A DNA stretch of 64,000 nucleotides from a virus (taxonomy: Duplodnaviria; Caudoviricetes). The position numbers and the translations under genes were made by a program. The DNA is taken from positions 1 to 64,000 of the IMG/VR virus record IMGVR_UViG_2974521131_000001; one strand, written 5' to 3'. The notes below the pieces were generated by a model. That model was not told the origin of the DNA. It did not search any database and saw only the letters and a program-made list of their open reading frames with translations. This document shows positions 46,508-55,455 of the stretch, piece by piece (position 1 is the first letter of the stretch; each line of letters begins with the position of its first letter).

Positions 46508-47059
46508 ATGGCCCGTCTAACCCCCGCCCAGGCCCGCAAGAAGCACCAGTCCACGTTTGACGAGTTCTGGACCTGCTACCCGCGCCACACTCACATCAAC
46601 GAAGCGTCCAGCGAGTGGGCGAAGCTGATGGAGGCCGGTCGCGATCCCGTCCAGATCATCGGAGCCGCACGGCGCTACGCGGCCAGTGTCGCCGGAACCG
46701 ACATGAAATACGTTCCAGGCCCGCATAACTGGCTCAAGGCAGGCCAGTACGACGACGCGGACCTGTTCCAGGATGAGCGCCAGGCGCAGGTCACCTGGCT
46801 GAAGCAGATGTGGAAGACGGGAAACGTCAAGGCGGTCGAGAACCGCTTCCACATCAGCATGCCGAAGCAGTACCCACCAGACGACATGTCTGACCCGCAG
46901 GCCATTGAGTTCTGGTACCGCGAGCAAGCCCGCGCATGGATTTTCGAGATGTACAAGGAGAAGTACGAGAAGTGCCAGCCGAGCCAGCCTACGACGAGCG
47001 AGCTGAGCAATCCGTCCTCGGAGCAATCCTCCACAACCCAAATGTCTTTGGCGATCTGA
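46508..47059 (+). CDS. Replication initiator / helicase-loader-like protein
   Basis: FDEFWTCYPRH...W...KY...HNWL....YDD motif; precedes DnaB. Confidence 0.7.
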   Translation: MARLTPAQARKKHQSTFDEFWTCYPRHTHINEASSEWAKLMEAGRDPVQIIGAARRYAASVAGTDMKYVPGPHNWLKAGQYDDADLFQDERQAQVTWLKQMWKTGNVKAVENRFHISMPKQYPPDDMSDPQAIEFWYREQARAWIFEMYKEKYEKCQPSQPTTSELSNPSSEQSSTTQMSLAI

Positions 47060-48252
47060 AGAAGCTGAAGGCCGAGCACTTCTACCTCCCGGCGCACGAG
47101 GTCATCTTCGCGACCCTGTACCAGATGTACACCGACGATCAGAAGATCGATTCGATCACGGTGTTCGCGAAGCTGGCCGAGAACCAGGATCTCCGTCGAG
47201 TCGGCGGCGCACCGTACCTCGCGGATCTGTTGCAGGCCTTCAAGTCTGCCCAGAACGTGGCTGCGTACGCGGAGATCGTCATCGACAAGTGGCGGATCCG
47301 GCAGATCAACTCGCTGGGTCAGCGGTTCCAGGGCATCGCCGCCAACACTGACGAGGTGACGGTGGCATTGGACGCCGCTCGCCGATTCCTGGACGAGGTC
47401 GATGACCAGCAGGACATGGACGCGGTCAATTTCCGCGACCTGTACACCATGTGGACTGAGGCCCAGGAGGACGACCGGCCAGCCATCGAGTCGCCGTTCG
47501 TCGGGATGAATGACCGTCTCGCGGGTGGATTCCAGCGTCAGCGCCTCTATGTCATCGGTGCGCGTCCTGGCTGCGGTAAGACCATCATGGGTGCCCAGCT
47601 GGCCCTGTACGCAGCACAGCTGCACTACAAGAGCCTCATCTTCAGCCTGGAGCTGTCGAAGGAGGATCTGATGGGCCGGATCCTGGCGTGTGGTGCCCGT
47701 GCGGACTACGGCCAGATCACAGCCAAGCGTATGTCGGCTGAGACCCTGGCGAAGGTCAGCCGGTGGGCTGGTGCCGCAGCGGAGCTGACGCTCGAGGTGG
47801 ACGACCGACCGGACCACACCATCGAGTCCATCGCGCAGGCGTGCCGGATCAAGAAGCAGCGTGAGGGCCTGGACTTCGTGTTCATCGACTACCTGCAGCT
47901 GATCGAATCGTCCAAGGGGCAGAACCGTGTTGAGGCCGTGGACCACATGGCCACTCGCGCACGGCATATCGCACGAAAGTTGGATTGCGTGGTGGTCGTG
48001 GCCGCGCAGCTCAACCGCAAGATCGAGGACAACGGCGGCAAGCCCCGGCTGCCCGTGAAGTCCGACTTTCGCGAATCGGGTGGCATCGAGCAGACCGCTG
48101 ATGCCGCAATCGTCCTCTCGCGACCGGTGGACGAGAACGGAGAAGAGGCCGACAAGATGCCCATGATGAACGTGACGTTCGTGAAGAACCGAACCGGGGT
48201 CGAGGGAACCATGCAGCTCCGCGAGCGGTTCGACCTGGCGATGTTCCAGTGA
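46972..48252 (+). CDS. dnaB: DnaB-like replicative helicase
   Basis: AEQSVLGAIL, GARPGCGKT, FIDYLQL, AQLNR, SDFRESGGIEQTAD, KNRTG. Confidence 0.95.
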   Translation: MPAEPAYDERAEQSVLGAILHNPNVFGDLKKLKAEHFYLPAHEVIFATLYQMYTDDQKIDSITVFAKLAENQDLRRVGGAPYLADLLQAFKSAQNVAAYAEIVIDKWRIRQINSLGQRFQGIAANTDEVTVALDAARRFLDEVDDQQDMDAVNFRDLYTMWTEAQEDDRPAIESPFVGMNDRLAGGFQRQRLYVIGARPGCGKTIMGAQLALYAAQLHYKSLIFSLELSKEDLMGRILACGARADYGQITAKRMSAETLAKVSRWAGAAAELTLEVDDRPDHTIESIAQACRIKKQREGLDFVFIDYLQLIESSKGQNRVEAVDHMATRARHIARKLDCVVVVAAQLNRKIEDNGGKPRLPVKSDFRESGGIEQTADAAIVLSRPVDENGEEADKMPMMNVTFVKNRTGVEGTMQLRERFDLAMFQ

Positions 48253-48404
48253 GCGACGAATCGATGATGGTGCTGCTGGGCATCCCCGCCGCCCGGCAGA
48301 CCGAGTTCCTCGCGGTCCTCAACTCCCAGACGGACAAGGGCTCCGACATCAGGCCGGTCGCCGCCCGCATCATCTGGGACATCATGAAGGGCCAGGGCCG
48401 GTGA
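48249..48404 (+). CDS. Hypothetical protein (51 aa)
   Basis: GTGA overlaps at both ends; high GC3. Confidence 0.65.
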   Translation: MSDESMMVLLGIPAARQTEFLAVLNSQTDKGSDIRPVAARIIWDIMKGQGR

Positions 48405-48748
48405 GCAAGCTGTGGCAGAAGGCTGACGAGTGGACCGAGCACGCCCCGTGTGCGGAGCGGATCGAGTTCATCATCAGCCCCGATGAACTGGGGCCGGATC
48501 GGACGGCGGCGGTGAAGGCCACGTGTGCCGCCTGCCCGGTGCGCCCCGAGTGCATCAAGCTGAACGTGCAGCCGCTCCCCGTGTTCGACAAGCCGAGGAT
48601 CAAGCTGGCGTCTCACGCAATGTGGGTGGCCGGTGAGTGGTTACCGGACTTGACGAAGCAAACCTCTGAGGAGCTGGAGGCAAAGCGTCAGCAGCTGATC
48701 GATAGCTTGCCAATGGAAGAAGCTCGACGCCCTTATAGCATGCGGTAG
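48401..48748 (+). CDS. Divergent WhiB-like protein
   Basis: W...APC....F...ATCAACPVRPEC...WVAG. Confidence 0.65.
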   Translation: MSKLWQKADEWTEHAPCAERIEFIISPDELGPDRTAAVKATCAACPVRPECIKLNVQPLPVFDKPRIKLASHAMWVAGEWLPDLTKQTSEELEAKRQQLIDSLPMEEARRPYSMR

Positions 48749-48942
48749 CCGTGATACGTGTCCCAGGTCTGGGACACCTGTCAAGTAGCTATATTCCGTA
48801 TTTTGGATGCGGAATTTCCGACCCCGACATGTCAGACCTCGCCCGTACTGTGACGGACGCGCCGCAACGAGATGGTTGACCTTGCAAGAAGCTCAGGTTA
48901 ACCGTCCACCGATACGGAGCAGACCTAGAAAGTAGCTGGAAG

Positions 48943-49344
48943 TTGAGCCGTACCCGTAAGTCAGCAAAGGCAGCTGGATCGACGTTCGAGCGTCAGATCG
49001 CCGATTGCCTGCGAGATGCACTGGGCGACCCCAACATTCAACGGGCACCACTGTGGGGAGCAGTCGACAAGGGCGATATAGTTAACGTGCGGATCGACGG
49101 CCACGATTTAGTTATACAGACTAAGAACGTAACCAAGTTAGATCTTCCCAAAGGCGTCGGAGACGCTAAAGTTCAAGCGGTGAATGCAGACGCGCTCGCG
49201 GGCCTGTTCATCCACAAACGACACGGCAAGGCCAACCCGATGGATCAGTGGGTTAGCTGCACGGTCGCAGAGTTAGTTGCACTAATCACCAAGGTGCCGG
49301 TACACGCCGGTGCTGCGGAAGGGATAGAGGGGAGGCGGGATTGA
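48943..49344 (+). CDS. Holliday junction resolvase-like (PD-(D/E)XK)
   Basis: AKAAGSTFERQIA...DKGDI...IQTKN. Confidence 0.75.
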   Translation: MSRTRKSAKAAGSTFERQIADCLRDALGDPNIQRAPLWGAVDKGDIVNVRIDGHDLVIQTKNVTKLDLPKGVGDAKVQAVNADALAGLFIHKRHGKANPMDQWVSCTVAELVALITKVPVHAGAAEGIEGRRD

Positions 49345-49970
49345 CCGCCACACTGGAAAGCAGCAGCAACGATTTCGACTGGCGTACCCGGTCGGTCTGC
49401 ACTGCGGAGGACTTCGACATGTCGTTCGACAGCGTCGAGGATCTGGTCGAGAACGGCATGGAGCACAACGAAGCGTTCATCTTCTGTGCGACCACCGTGG
49501 AGCAGGCGAAGGCCGTATGTGCCCGCTGCCCCGTGATCAGCGAGTGCCGCGACGACGCGTTCTCCCGTGACGAGGAGTACGGCGTCTGGGGCGGCATGGC
49601 CCCCGAGGAGCGCAAGCGGGACCGCAAGGTCTGGCTGCAGATCAAGAACGGCCCGTCCGTTCCGGCCACCATGGGGGAGATCGCAGACCCCGATGCGCTG
49701 AGCGCGAATCCGGCTGCGAACGCGAAGCTGACCCGCCGTAATGAGCGTGCCCGCATCGCCCGCGACCTGATCCTCATGCAGCCGCATGACTGGAAGACGG
49801 TCACGAAGAACAACGGGACTCGTACCCGTGATCAGCACCTGCAGGTCATGGACATGATCCTGGCCAACCCGAGTTCACCGGCTGAGCAGATCGCCAACCG
49901 TATCGGGAAGCGCGGGGAGTACGTGAACTCCATGCTCCGCGAAGCTTGTGCGGCGCTGGACATTTCGTAG
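49341..49970 (+). CDS. whiB: WhiB-family transcription factor with C-terminal extension
   Basis: WRTRSVC...AKAVCARCPVISEC...EYGVWGG. Confidence 0.9.
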   Translation: MTATLESSSNDFDWRTRSVCTAEDFDMSFDSVEDLVENGMEHNEAFIFCATTVEQAKAVCARCPVISECRDDAFSRDEEYGVWGGMAPEERKRDRKVWLQIKNGPSVPATMGEIADPDALSANPAANAKLTRRNERARIARDLILMQPHDWKTVTKNNGTRTRDQHLQVMDMILANPSSPAEQIANRIGKRGEYVNSMLREACAALDIS

Positions 49971-49984
49971 ATAGAGCCCAATTC

Positions 49985-50024
49985 GAGCGGGGAGTGGGTC
50001 TTCGGATCCGCTTCCCGCTCTTTT
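49985..50024 (+). terminator. Intrinsic terminator after whiB
   Basis: Long stem with TTCG loop followed by TTTT. Confidence 0.75.
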
Positions 50025-50056
50025 GGTTCGAAAGAGGTAGTACAATGCTTGGTACA

Positions 50057-50212
50057 ATGGAAGTGACCGAAGTTGAGCCGCGCTCCTTCGGTACCCCCGT
50101 AGATGAATCTGTGACGCCGTCCGAAGCGCCTGCCTACGGGGGTTCTTCTTATTCGGAGACTCCCATCCTGTTCTGCCGCCGCCGTCGGCTGTGGCGTTCC
50201 GCCTGGCTCTGA
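50057..50212 (+). CDS. Hypothetical protein (51 aa)
   Basis: Downstream of tandem TACAAT hexamers. Confidence 0.4.
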   Translation: MEVTEVEPRSFGTPVDESVTPSEAPAYGGSSYSETPILFCRRRRLWRSAWL

Positions 50213-50227
50213 CCAGGCAATTCCTGT

Positions 50228-50258
50228 CCTGTAATCACCTCTTACGGCCCCGTACCGT
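50228..50258 (+). promoter_or_regulatory. CCTGTAATCA-class promoter
   Basis: CC-TGTAAT, 17 nt, TACCGT, then GTG (5 nt) or ATG (8 nt). Confidence 0.65.
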
Positions 50259-50266
50259 AATTGGTG

Positions 50267-50491
50267 ATGAGCGACATTCACTGGGGCGGAAGCGTTTCCG
50301 AGTCTGGACAGATCCAGGTTCTTCAGGAGCAGCTGACCGCTGAGCGTGCCAAGGTGCAGGCTGTCCGAGACCTCGTAGATGGCTGGATGCTACGCGCCGG
50401 TCCAGGTAGCCCAGCTGAGCGTGCCTATGGCCAGCAGAGAATCTCAGTCACCTTCGCGCACCGCGAGATTCGGAGCCGAATCGATGCGTGA
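50267..50491 (+). CDS. Hypothetical protein
   Basis: Follows motif promoter; start 50264 or 50267. Confidence 0.65.
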   Translation: MSDIHWGGSVSESGQIQVLQEQLTAERAKVQAVRDLVDGWMLRAGPGSPAERAYGQQRISVTFAHREIRSRIDA

Positions 50492-50915
50492 GCCTGATCT
50501 GGTACTGACCCGCGACGACGGCCAGGTGTACCTCAACCGCTGGCATGTGATCCCGCGCAACCGGTTCCTCAACGTCTACCTGCATCAGTTCCTGGGCAGC
50601 GATGACGACCGGGCGCTTCACGATCATCCATGGTGGTTCGCGAGCCTAATCCTGAAGGGTGGCTACTGGGAGCACCGCAAGACCGGCTGGGCAACATGGC
50701 GTGCCCCTGGATCTTTCGCCATCCGCAGGCCGAAGACCGCGCACCGCGTCGAGCTGGACGTGGACACCGTCTACAGCTTCGAGCACGATACGTGGCTCGA
50801 AAAGCCCGCCTGGACCCTGATTTTCACCGGACCCAAGATCCGCTCATGGGGATTCCACTGCCCGCAGGGCTGGACCCACTGGCGGGTATTCGACAAGCAG
50901 AACGGATGCGAATGA
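50484..50915 (+). CDS. Cupin-fold protein
   Basis: YLHQF...DRALHDHPW.F.SLILKGGYWE...HRVEL. Confidence 0.75.
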   Translation: MREPDLVLTRDDGQVYLNRWHVIPRNRFLNVYLHQFLGSDDDRALHDHPWWFASLILKGGYWEHRKTGWATWRAPGSFAIRRPKTAHRVELDVDTVYSFEHDTWLEKPAWTLIFTGPKIRSWGFHCPQGWTHWRVFDKQNGCE

Positions 50916-51184
50916 CCGAGGACGACGCCCTGGCCGAGATCGAGACCGCGCAGCGTGAGGCGGGTGTCGAGGCCGACGAGGTCAAGGCCAAGATCAACGC
51001 GAACCTCGCCGCCGATCCCGATGAGGAGACGGCGGAAGAGGCTGCCCGTAAGGACAAGTTCCACCGGATCCTGAATCGCCGGATGCGCCGCGACATGTCC
51101 CGGCTGCGTGGGGAGATCAAGACCAATCGGTCCCGAATCCGCCGCCGCGTCTACCGCGTCCGTGCCTACTACGAGGGGAAGTAA
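50912..51184 (+). CDS. Hypothetical basic/helical protein
   Basis: ATGA overlap. Confidence 0.7.
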   Translation: MTEDDALAEIETAQREAGVEADEVKAKINANLAADPDEETAEEAARKDKFHRILNRRMRRDMSRLRGEIKTNRSRIRRRVYRVRAYYEGK

Positions 51185-51778
51185 GTGAGCGCAGGCGAAG
51201 TCATCACCACCAGCAGTACTGGTGCGCAGAAGGCCGGAAACCTCGAACGCTTCGACCTGATCCCTGTCGAGGCTCTCCGCGAGCTGGCCGAACACTTTGG
51301 TCGTGGTGCCCTCAAGTACGCCGACCGCAACTGGGAGAAGGGCTACGAGTGGGGCAAGTCCTACGCAGCCCTGTGCCGTCACCTGACGCAGTTCTGGGCC
51401 GGTGAGGACATCGACCCAGAGACCGGGTCGAAGCACATCATCGCGGTCGCCTGGCACGCATTCGTGTTGGCCACCTTCATGGATCGGTACCCCGAGTTCG
51501 ATGACCGTGCGGTGGTCGGAGCGAAGATCGCCGTCGCCATGGACGCGATGGCCGGTGGGGATCCCCGCGAAACGACCACCCTCGAGCCCGAGTGGACCCG
51601 CAAGTACGAGTGGTGCGTCAACAATGACCGCCAGTACCCGTACGTGTGGCGCGATGGTGACAGCGGTGAAGGCTGGTACTACGAGTGGCCCGCCAAGAGC
51701 GGCGAGTGGACCTGGTCCACCGAGAACGTCACTCCCGGCAACAACCTCGGGCAGTACGACCGGTTCACCCGAGTGTGA
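51185..51778 (+). CDS. dATP/dGTP diphosphohydrolase-like protein (DUF5664)
   Basis: RFDLIP..AL..LA..F..GA.KY..RNWEKG...A..RHL..F..GED.DPETG..H. Confidence 0.8.
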   Translation: MSAGEVITTSSTGAQKAGNLERFDLIPVEALRELAEHFGRGALKYADRNWEKGYEWGKSYAALCRHLTQFWAGEDIDPETGSKHIIAVAWHAFVLATFMDRYPEFDDRAVVGAKIAVAMDAMAGGDPRETTTLEPEWTRKYEWCVNNDRQYPYVWRDGDSGEGWYYEWPAKSGEWTWSTENVTPGNNLGQYDRFTRV

Positions 51779-51930
51779 TCACCGCCGCTGTCGCGCTGCT
51801 GTCACTCATCCTCGGAGTGGCAGTGGCCGACCTGGTCGCCCAAGCCGTAATCATTTGGAAGATCAACGATCTCGCGTCCTGTAATCACTCTGGAACGCGA
51901 GATACGTTGTCGGATATGGAGAATCAATGA
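51775..51930 (+). CDS. Small membrane protein
   Basis: GTGA/ATGA overlaps; N-terminal TM. Confidence 0.55.
   Translation: MITAAVALLSLILGVAVADLVAQAVIIWKINDLASCNHSGTRDTLSDMENQ
51878..51908 (+). promoter_or_regulatory. CCTGTAATCA-class promoter (leadered)
   Basis: CC-TGTAAT, 17 nt, TACGTT; then GGAGA RBS. Confidence 0.65.
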
Positions 51931-52727
51931 GCGCCAAGATCCTGGTACTCGACATCGAGCGTCAGTCTGCACTCGTTGACGGCGTGTGGGAGGGCAAGCA
52001 GTTCTCGACGTGGGTCGACCCGTCCCGCGTGATCGAGCCTGCCCGCACCATCTGCTTCGCCTACCGGTGGATGCACGAGGACAAGACGAAGTTCGTCGCT
52101 GAGTGGGAGGGTGGCCTTCCGCAGGACAACCAAGCTCACACCCCTGGCGGTGGTCATCTCAAGATGATCGAGAAGGCCCGCGACCTGTTCGATGAGGCCG
52201 ACTACATCGTGGGCTTCAACTCGAAGAACTTCGACGTGAAGTACCTCCGCGCCGACATGTGGCTGTACAACCTGCTGCAGCCTGCACCGCACACCGACAT
52301 CGACCTGATGCAGCAGGCCACCAAGAACTTCAAGCTGTACGCCAAGTCGATGAAGTACATCGCCAAGGTGAAGGCGATGGAGGGCAAGGAGCAGACCGAG
52401 AAGGGGCTGTGGCGCAAGCTGCGGTTCGCCGACGGTGACGTGCTGCGCCGCGCTCAGCGGTCCATGAAGAAGTACAACATGCGCGACGTGGACCAGACCA
52501 TCGAGATCTTCGAGGACATGCGTGGCTGGCTGTCGGGCATGAATCTGGGCCTCTATGAGGACGGCCTAGGTCCGTTCTGCTCGAACTGCGCCTCCGACGA
52601 CATCCAGTACCGAGGGTGGGCGGGCAACCGCACCTACAAGTACAAGCGCTTCCAGTGTAACAAGTGCGGCAAGTGGGGCAGGGACTCCAAGTCGTTCACG
52701 TCCATCTCATCCATCGGCATCGCGTAG
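51927..52727 (+). CDS. DnaQ-like 3'-5' exonuclease (DEDD) with C-terminal zinc ribbon
   Basis: ILVLDIE, VGFNSKNFD, YNMRDV, CSNC...CNKC. Confidence 0.85.
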   Translation: MSAKILVLDIERQSALVDGVWEGKQFSTWVDPSRVIEPARTICFAYRWMHEDKTKFVAEWEGGLPQDNQAHTPGGGHLKMIEKARDLFDEADYIVGFNSKNFDVKYLRADMWLYNLLQPAPHTDIDLMQQATKNFKLYAKSMKYIAKVKAMEGKEQTEKGLWRKLRFADGDVLRRAQRSMKKYNMRDVDQTIEIFEDMRGWLSGMNLGLYEDGLGPFCSNCASDDIQYRGWAGNRTYKYKRFQCNKCGKWGRDSKSFTSISSIGIA

Positions 52728-52735
52728 GAGACACC

Positions 52736-52975
52736 ATGACCGCACAGATCGCCGCATTCGGCAACGCCACCATCGACTTCCTCCCGCACGAGCCGGTCGG
52801 TTCCGACTGGGTCATCCGCAACGTGCCCATGGACCAGCTCGATGAGTTCTTCGACTACATGGCCACCGAAGACGGCAAGCAGATCCGCAAGAACGTGATC
52901 GCCCAGTGGCTGCTGGCTACGGGTGGTTGCACTGTGGCCGAGTACAACTCGGTTGTTCGTGAGGTGACCGCATGA
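52736..52975 (+). CDS. Hypothetical protein
   Basis: AGGAG RBS. Confidence 0.75.
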   Translation: MTAQIAAFGNATIDFLPHEPVGSDWVIRNVPMDQLDEFFDYMATEDGKQIRKNVIAQWLLATGGCTVAEYNSVVREVTA

Positions 52976-53187
52976 GCATCCGCACCGAGGACATCCCGCT
53001 GATCAAGCAGCTCGAGGACGTGCTGGTGGCCGAATTGGACCGCCAGTACCTCGACGGCGAGATCGAGTCGGACTCCACGGGATCGGCTCACTTCGACGCT
53101 GTCGACGGGGAGATCACCGGCAAGCCTGACTGGTTCAAGGCTGTTCGAGCGGTCGTGGAAGCGCTCTGGGAGGAAGAGGGCCGGTGA
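52972..53187 (+). CDS. Hypothetical protein
   Basis: ATGA overlap. Confidence 0.75.
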   Translation: MSIRTEDIPLIKQLEDVLVAELDRQYLDGEIESDSTGSAHFDAVDGEITGKPDWFKAVRAVVEALWEEEGR

Positions 53188-53291
53188 GCGGAATCTTCGC
53201 GACCCTGCTGCTGATCCTGTTACTGGTCCTCGGATGGGCCGTGATTGGGGTTGGCATCGCCAGCCTGGTCCTGGGATTGGAGCGCCGCTGA
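53184..53291 (+). CDS. 35-aa membrane peptide
   Basis: GTGA overlap; MSGIFATLLLILLLVLGWAVIGVGIASLVLGLERR. Confidence 0.6.
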   Translation: MSGIFATLLLILLLVLGWAVIGVGIASLVLGLERR

Positions 53292-53386
53292 TGGGTTACA
53301 TGCTCCCCGTGATCGCCCTCGCCTTCGGCTCTGTCGTCCTCCTTGCCGCCCTGGCCGAGTTCATCTTTCAGATGTACGACCGATGA
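53291..53386 (+). CDS. 31-aa membrane peptide
   Basis: TGATG overlap; MGYMLPVIALAFGSVVLLAALAEFIFQMYDR. Confidence 0.6.
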   Translation: MGYMLPVIALAFGSVVLLAALAEFIFQMYDR

Positions 53387-53565
53387 CCGGCCTGTTCATG
53401 CTCCTGGGCTGCGCCCTCACCTTCACCGGTATGGGCATCTTCATCTACGACGCGGCCACGATGACGGTCGCACCGCCGTCCATCGAGATCATCGTCATCC
53501 TCGTACTCATCTTCGGTGGCCTGCTCACCATGGTCGGCGCGATGGTCAGCGAGGCCTACCGCTGA
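53383..53565 (+). CDS. 60-aa two-TM membrane protein
   Basis: ATGA overlap. Confidence 0.65.
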   Translation: MTGLFMLLGCALTFTGMGIFIYDAATMTVAPPSIEIIVILVLIFGGLLTMVGAMVSEAYR

Positions 53566-53627
53566 TGGCCATCGTCGCGACCTACATCCTCATCATCTTC
53601 ATCCTCTACCGCGTCTTCAGTCACTAG
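53565..53627 (+). CDS. 20-aa membrane peptide
   Basis: TGATG overlap; MAIVATYILIIFILYRVFSH. Confidence 0.5.
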   Translation: MAIVATYILIIFILYRVFSH

Positions 53628-53634
53628 GAGCCTC

Positions 53635-54153
53635 ATGACCACCTGGAAACCGGTCCCGCACATGGCTTTCGCCGAGTACGAAGCGTCCACCGACGGCGAG
53701 ATCTTCATCAAGGAATACCAGCGGGAGCACCGCTCGAAGAACAAGGTGTGGACCAAGACCTATGGCGGCAAGGTGCTGCAGCAGCGCATCCGCCCCACGG
53801 GACTATCCGCTGGCAAGCATCCCGTCGTCGGCGTCCGCACCTCCACCGGAGGTAGCAAGGAGAAGCGAGTCGCCCTGCTGGTGGCCTCCGCGTTCCATGG
53901 GCTGCCATACGACCCCGAGGACGCGTCGGACCTGCAGCAGTGGCGTCTGGTCTTCATCGACGGAGACACCCGTAACTGCCGCCCCGAGAACCTCGAATGG
54001 GCTCGCGCCATCACTGGCGACACCGCCGACTTCTACGACCGCAACCGTCGGGCGTGGGAGGAGAGCAAGAAGGAACCCATCAAGTCCTTCATGCGCCGGA
54101 TGTATGGCGACGACTTCGATGAGGAGGAGTGGGATGCGCTGGAAGCGGCGTAA
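53635..54153 (+). CDS. NUMOD4/HNH-like protein, degenerate active site
   Basis: WKPVP...YEASTDGEI; LVASAF; FIDGDTRNCRPENLEW. Confidence 0.75.
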   Translation: MTTWKPVPHMAFAEYEASTDGEIFIKEYQREHRSKNKVWTKTYGGKVLQQRIRPTGLSAGKHPVVGVRTSTGGSKEKRVALLVASAFHGLPYDPEDASDLQQWRLVFIDGDTRNCRPENLEWARAITGDTADFYDRNRRAWEESKKEPIKSFMRRMYGDDFDEEEWDALEAA

Positions 54154-54253
54154 GCCCCGTCGTCGGATCGACTGGCCCGAGTTCTGGGAAGACCTGATCG
54201 AGATCTTCACCTTCGCATGGGTGTTCACGCTTCTCGATGACCTAATCGACTAG
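54134..54253 (+). CDS. Hypothetical peptide (39 aa)
   Basis: GGAG RBS; basic N-terminus, aromatic helix. Confidence 0.5.
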   Translation: MRWKRRKPRRRIDWPEFWEDLIEIFTFAWVFTLLDDLID

Positions 54254-54260
54254 GAGAGAC

Positions 54261-54428
54261 ATGAGCTACCTACTCTTCACGAAGTACGGGATCCGGCACA
54301 CCGTGTTCACCCACCTGCCCGCCGCGAGGGGTGTTCGCACCCGCGACTACAAGGGCAAGGGTTCGATCTACGAGGTTGTGGATGAGCCTGGCCTGGGTCC
54401 GCACCTGGAGCTGGTGGACAGCCAGTGA
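54261..54428 (+). CDS. Hypothetical protein (55 aa)
   Basis: AGGAG RBS; GTGA overlap downstream. Confidence 0.65.
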   Translation: MSYLLFTKYGIRHTVFTHLPAARGVRTRDYKGKGSIYEVVDEPGLGPHLELVDSQ

Positions 54429-54658
54429 GCGACATCGACGTGATGGCCGCGATCATCGAGCAGAAGGCCTACGGCAAGGACATCATGGATCGCACCTGGC
54501 GAGCCACGACTAAGTCCTCGGTTGCCACCGCACAGGCCCTCCACGCCGCTGGATTCCGCATGTCGGCAGGAACGGTCGACCAGGCCCAGAACGACGCTCT
54601 GGCGGCGCTACAGGCCCGTGTTTCACGCCTTGAGGGATGGGCAGGTCTGCCGCAGTGA
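54425..54658 (+). CDS. Hypothetical protein
   Basis: GTGA overlaps. Confidence 0.7.
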   Translation: MSDIDVMAAIIEQKAYGKDIMDRTWRATTKSSVATAQALHAAGFRMSAGTVDQAQNDALAALQARVSRLEGWAGLPQ

Positions 54659-54894
54659 GCCTCATCATGCCGATCATGATCAACGACACCACCATTGGGT
54701 CGCTGGTCGTTGGCCGCACCGAGCGTCTCGGGAAGAAGAACGCCACCCACCACTACGAGTGGGAGCTGTTCATGAAGGAAGGCCGCACCCTGCGCGGCAC
54801 ACGCCCATCAGAGCAGTACGCAGGAACTGTCGAGCACGTCTACGAGGACGGCGCTGTGCAGCTCCTCAAGAAGATCATGGAGCAGATCCCGTGA
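54655..54894 (+). CDS. Hypothetical protein
   Basis: GTGA overlaps. Confidence 0.7.
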   Translation: MSLIMPIMINDTTIGSLVVGRTERLGKKNATHHYEWELFMKEGRTLRGTRPSEQYAGTVEHVYEDGAVQLLKKIMEQIP

Positions 54895-55076
54895 GCGATG
54901 CCCGCATTGTCTTGACCATCGACTACGAGCCCAACCTGGACCACTACCCCGAGCACATCACCACGAAGCGTGAGGCGATGGAGTTCGACGTGGCGCAGAT
55001 GCGGGCTGGCGAAGTCGGCGACCTCGAGCTGGTCGACTACGCCGAGAGTGTCGACTGGCGGGTGGAAGACCACTGA
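54891..55076 (+). CDS. Hypothetical protein
   Basis: GTGA overlap; RIVLTIDYEP. Confidence 0.65.
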   Translation: MSDARIVLTIDYEPNLDHYPEHITTKREAMEFDVAQMRAGEVGDLELVDYAESVDWRVEDH

Positions 55077-55233
55077 GCCTGGCATCGACGCCCGCCCAGC
55101 GAGCCGCCTACCTGGCCGGAATGTGCAAGTGGTGCTTCGTGAATCGGCACCGAGCTGGCAGTCCCGAATGTGACGACTGCTGGAAGTTGAGAGGAACCGG
55201 CGCAACCATGCGCCCCGCACGAGAGGTATTCCC

Positions 55234-55455
55234 ATGACCACCAAGCGCGAGAAGGCCCGTCAGAAGTACAAGGCCCGCTACGGCTATGCCCCGTCGACCG
55301 ATTCGGCACTGACCTCGTTCATGGCCACCATGTCGGCGTCCGACTTCTCGGGCTGTTCGGACTACGGTTCGTCGTACTCGTCCAGCTACGACTCGGGCAG
55401 CTGTTACAGCGACTCGGGTAGCTCGTTCTCCGACGGCGGAAGCTGCAGCTTCTGA
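55234..55455 (+). CDS. Hypothetical protein with Ser/Asp/Gly-rich tail
   Basis: GAGG RBS; low-complexity C-terminus. Confidence 0.7.
   Translation: MTTKREKARQKYKARYGYAPSTDSALTSFMATMSASDFSGCSDYGSSYSSSYDSGSCYSDSGSSFSDGGSCSF

Noticed and set aside
51185-51778. 2-aminoadenine (Z) genome pathway suggested by DUF5664
   Set aside because: No PurZ or dedicated polymerase recognised in the window
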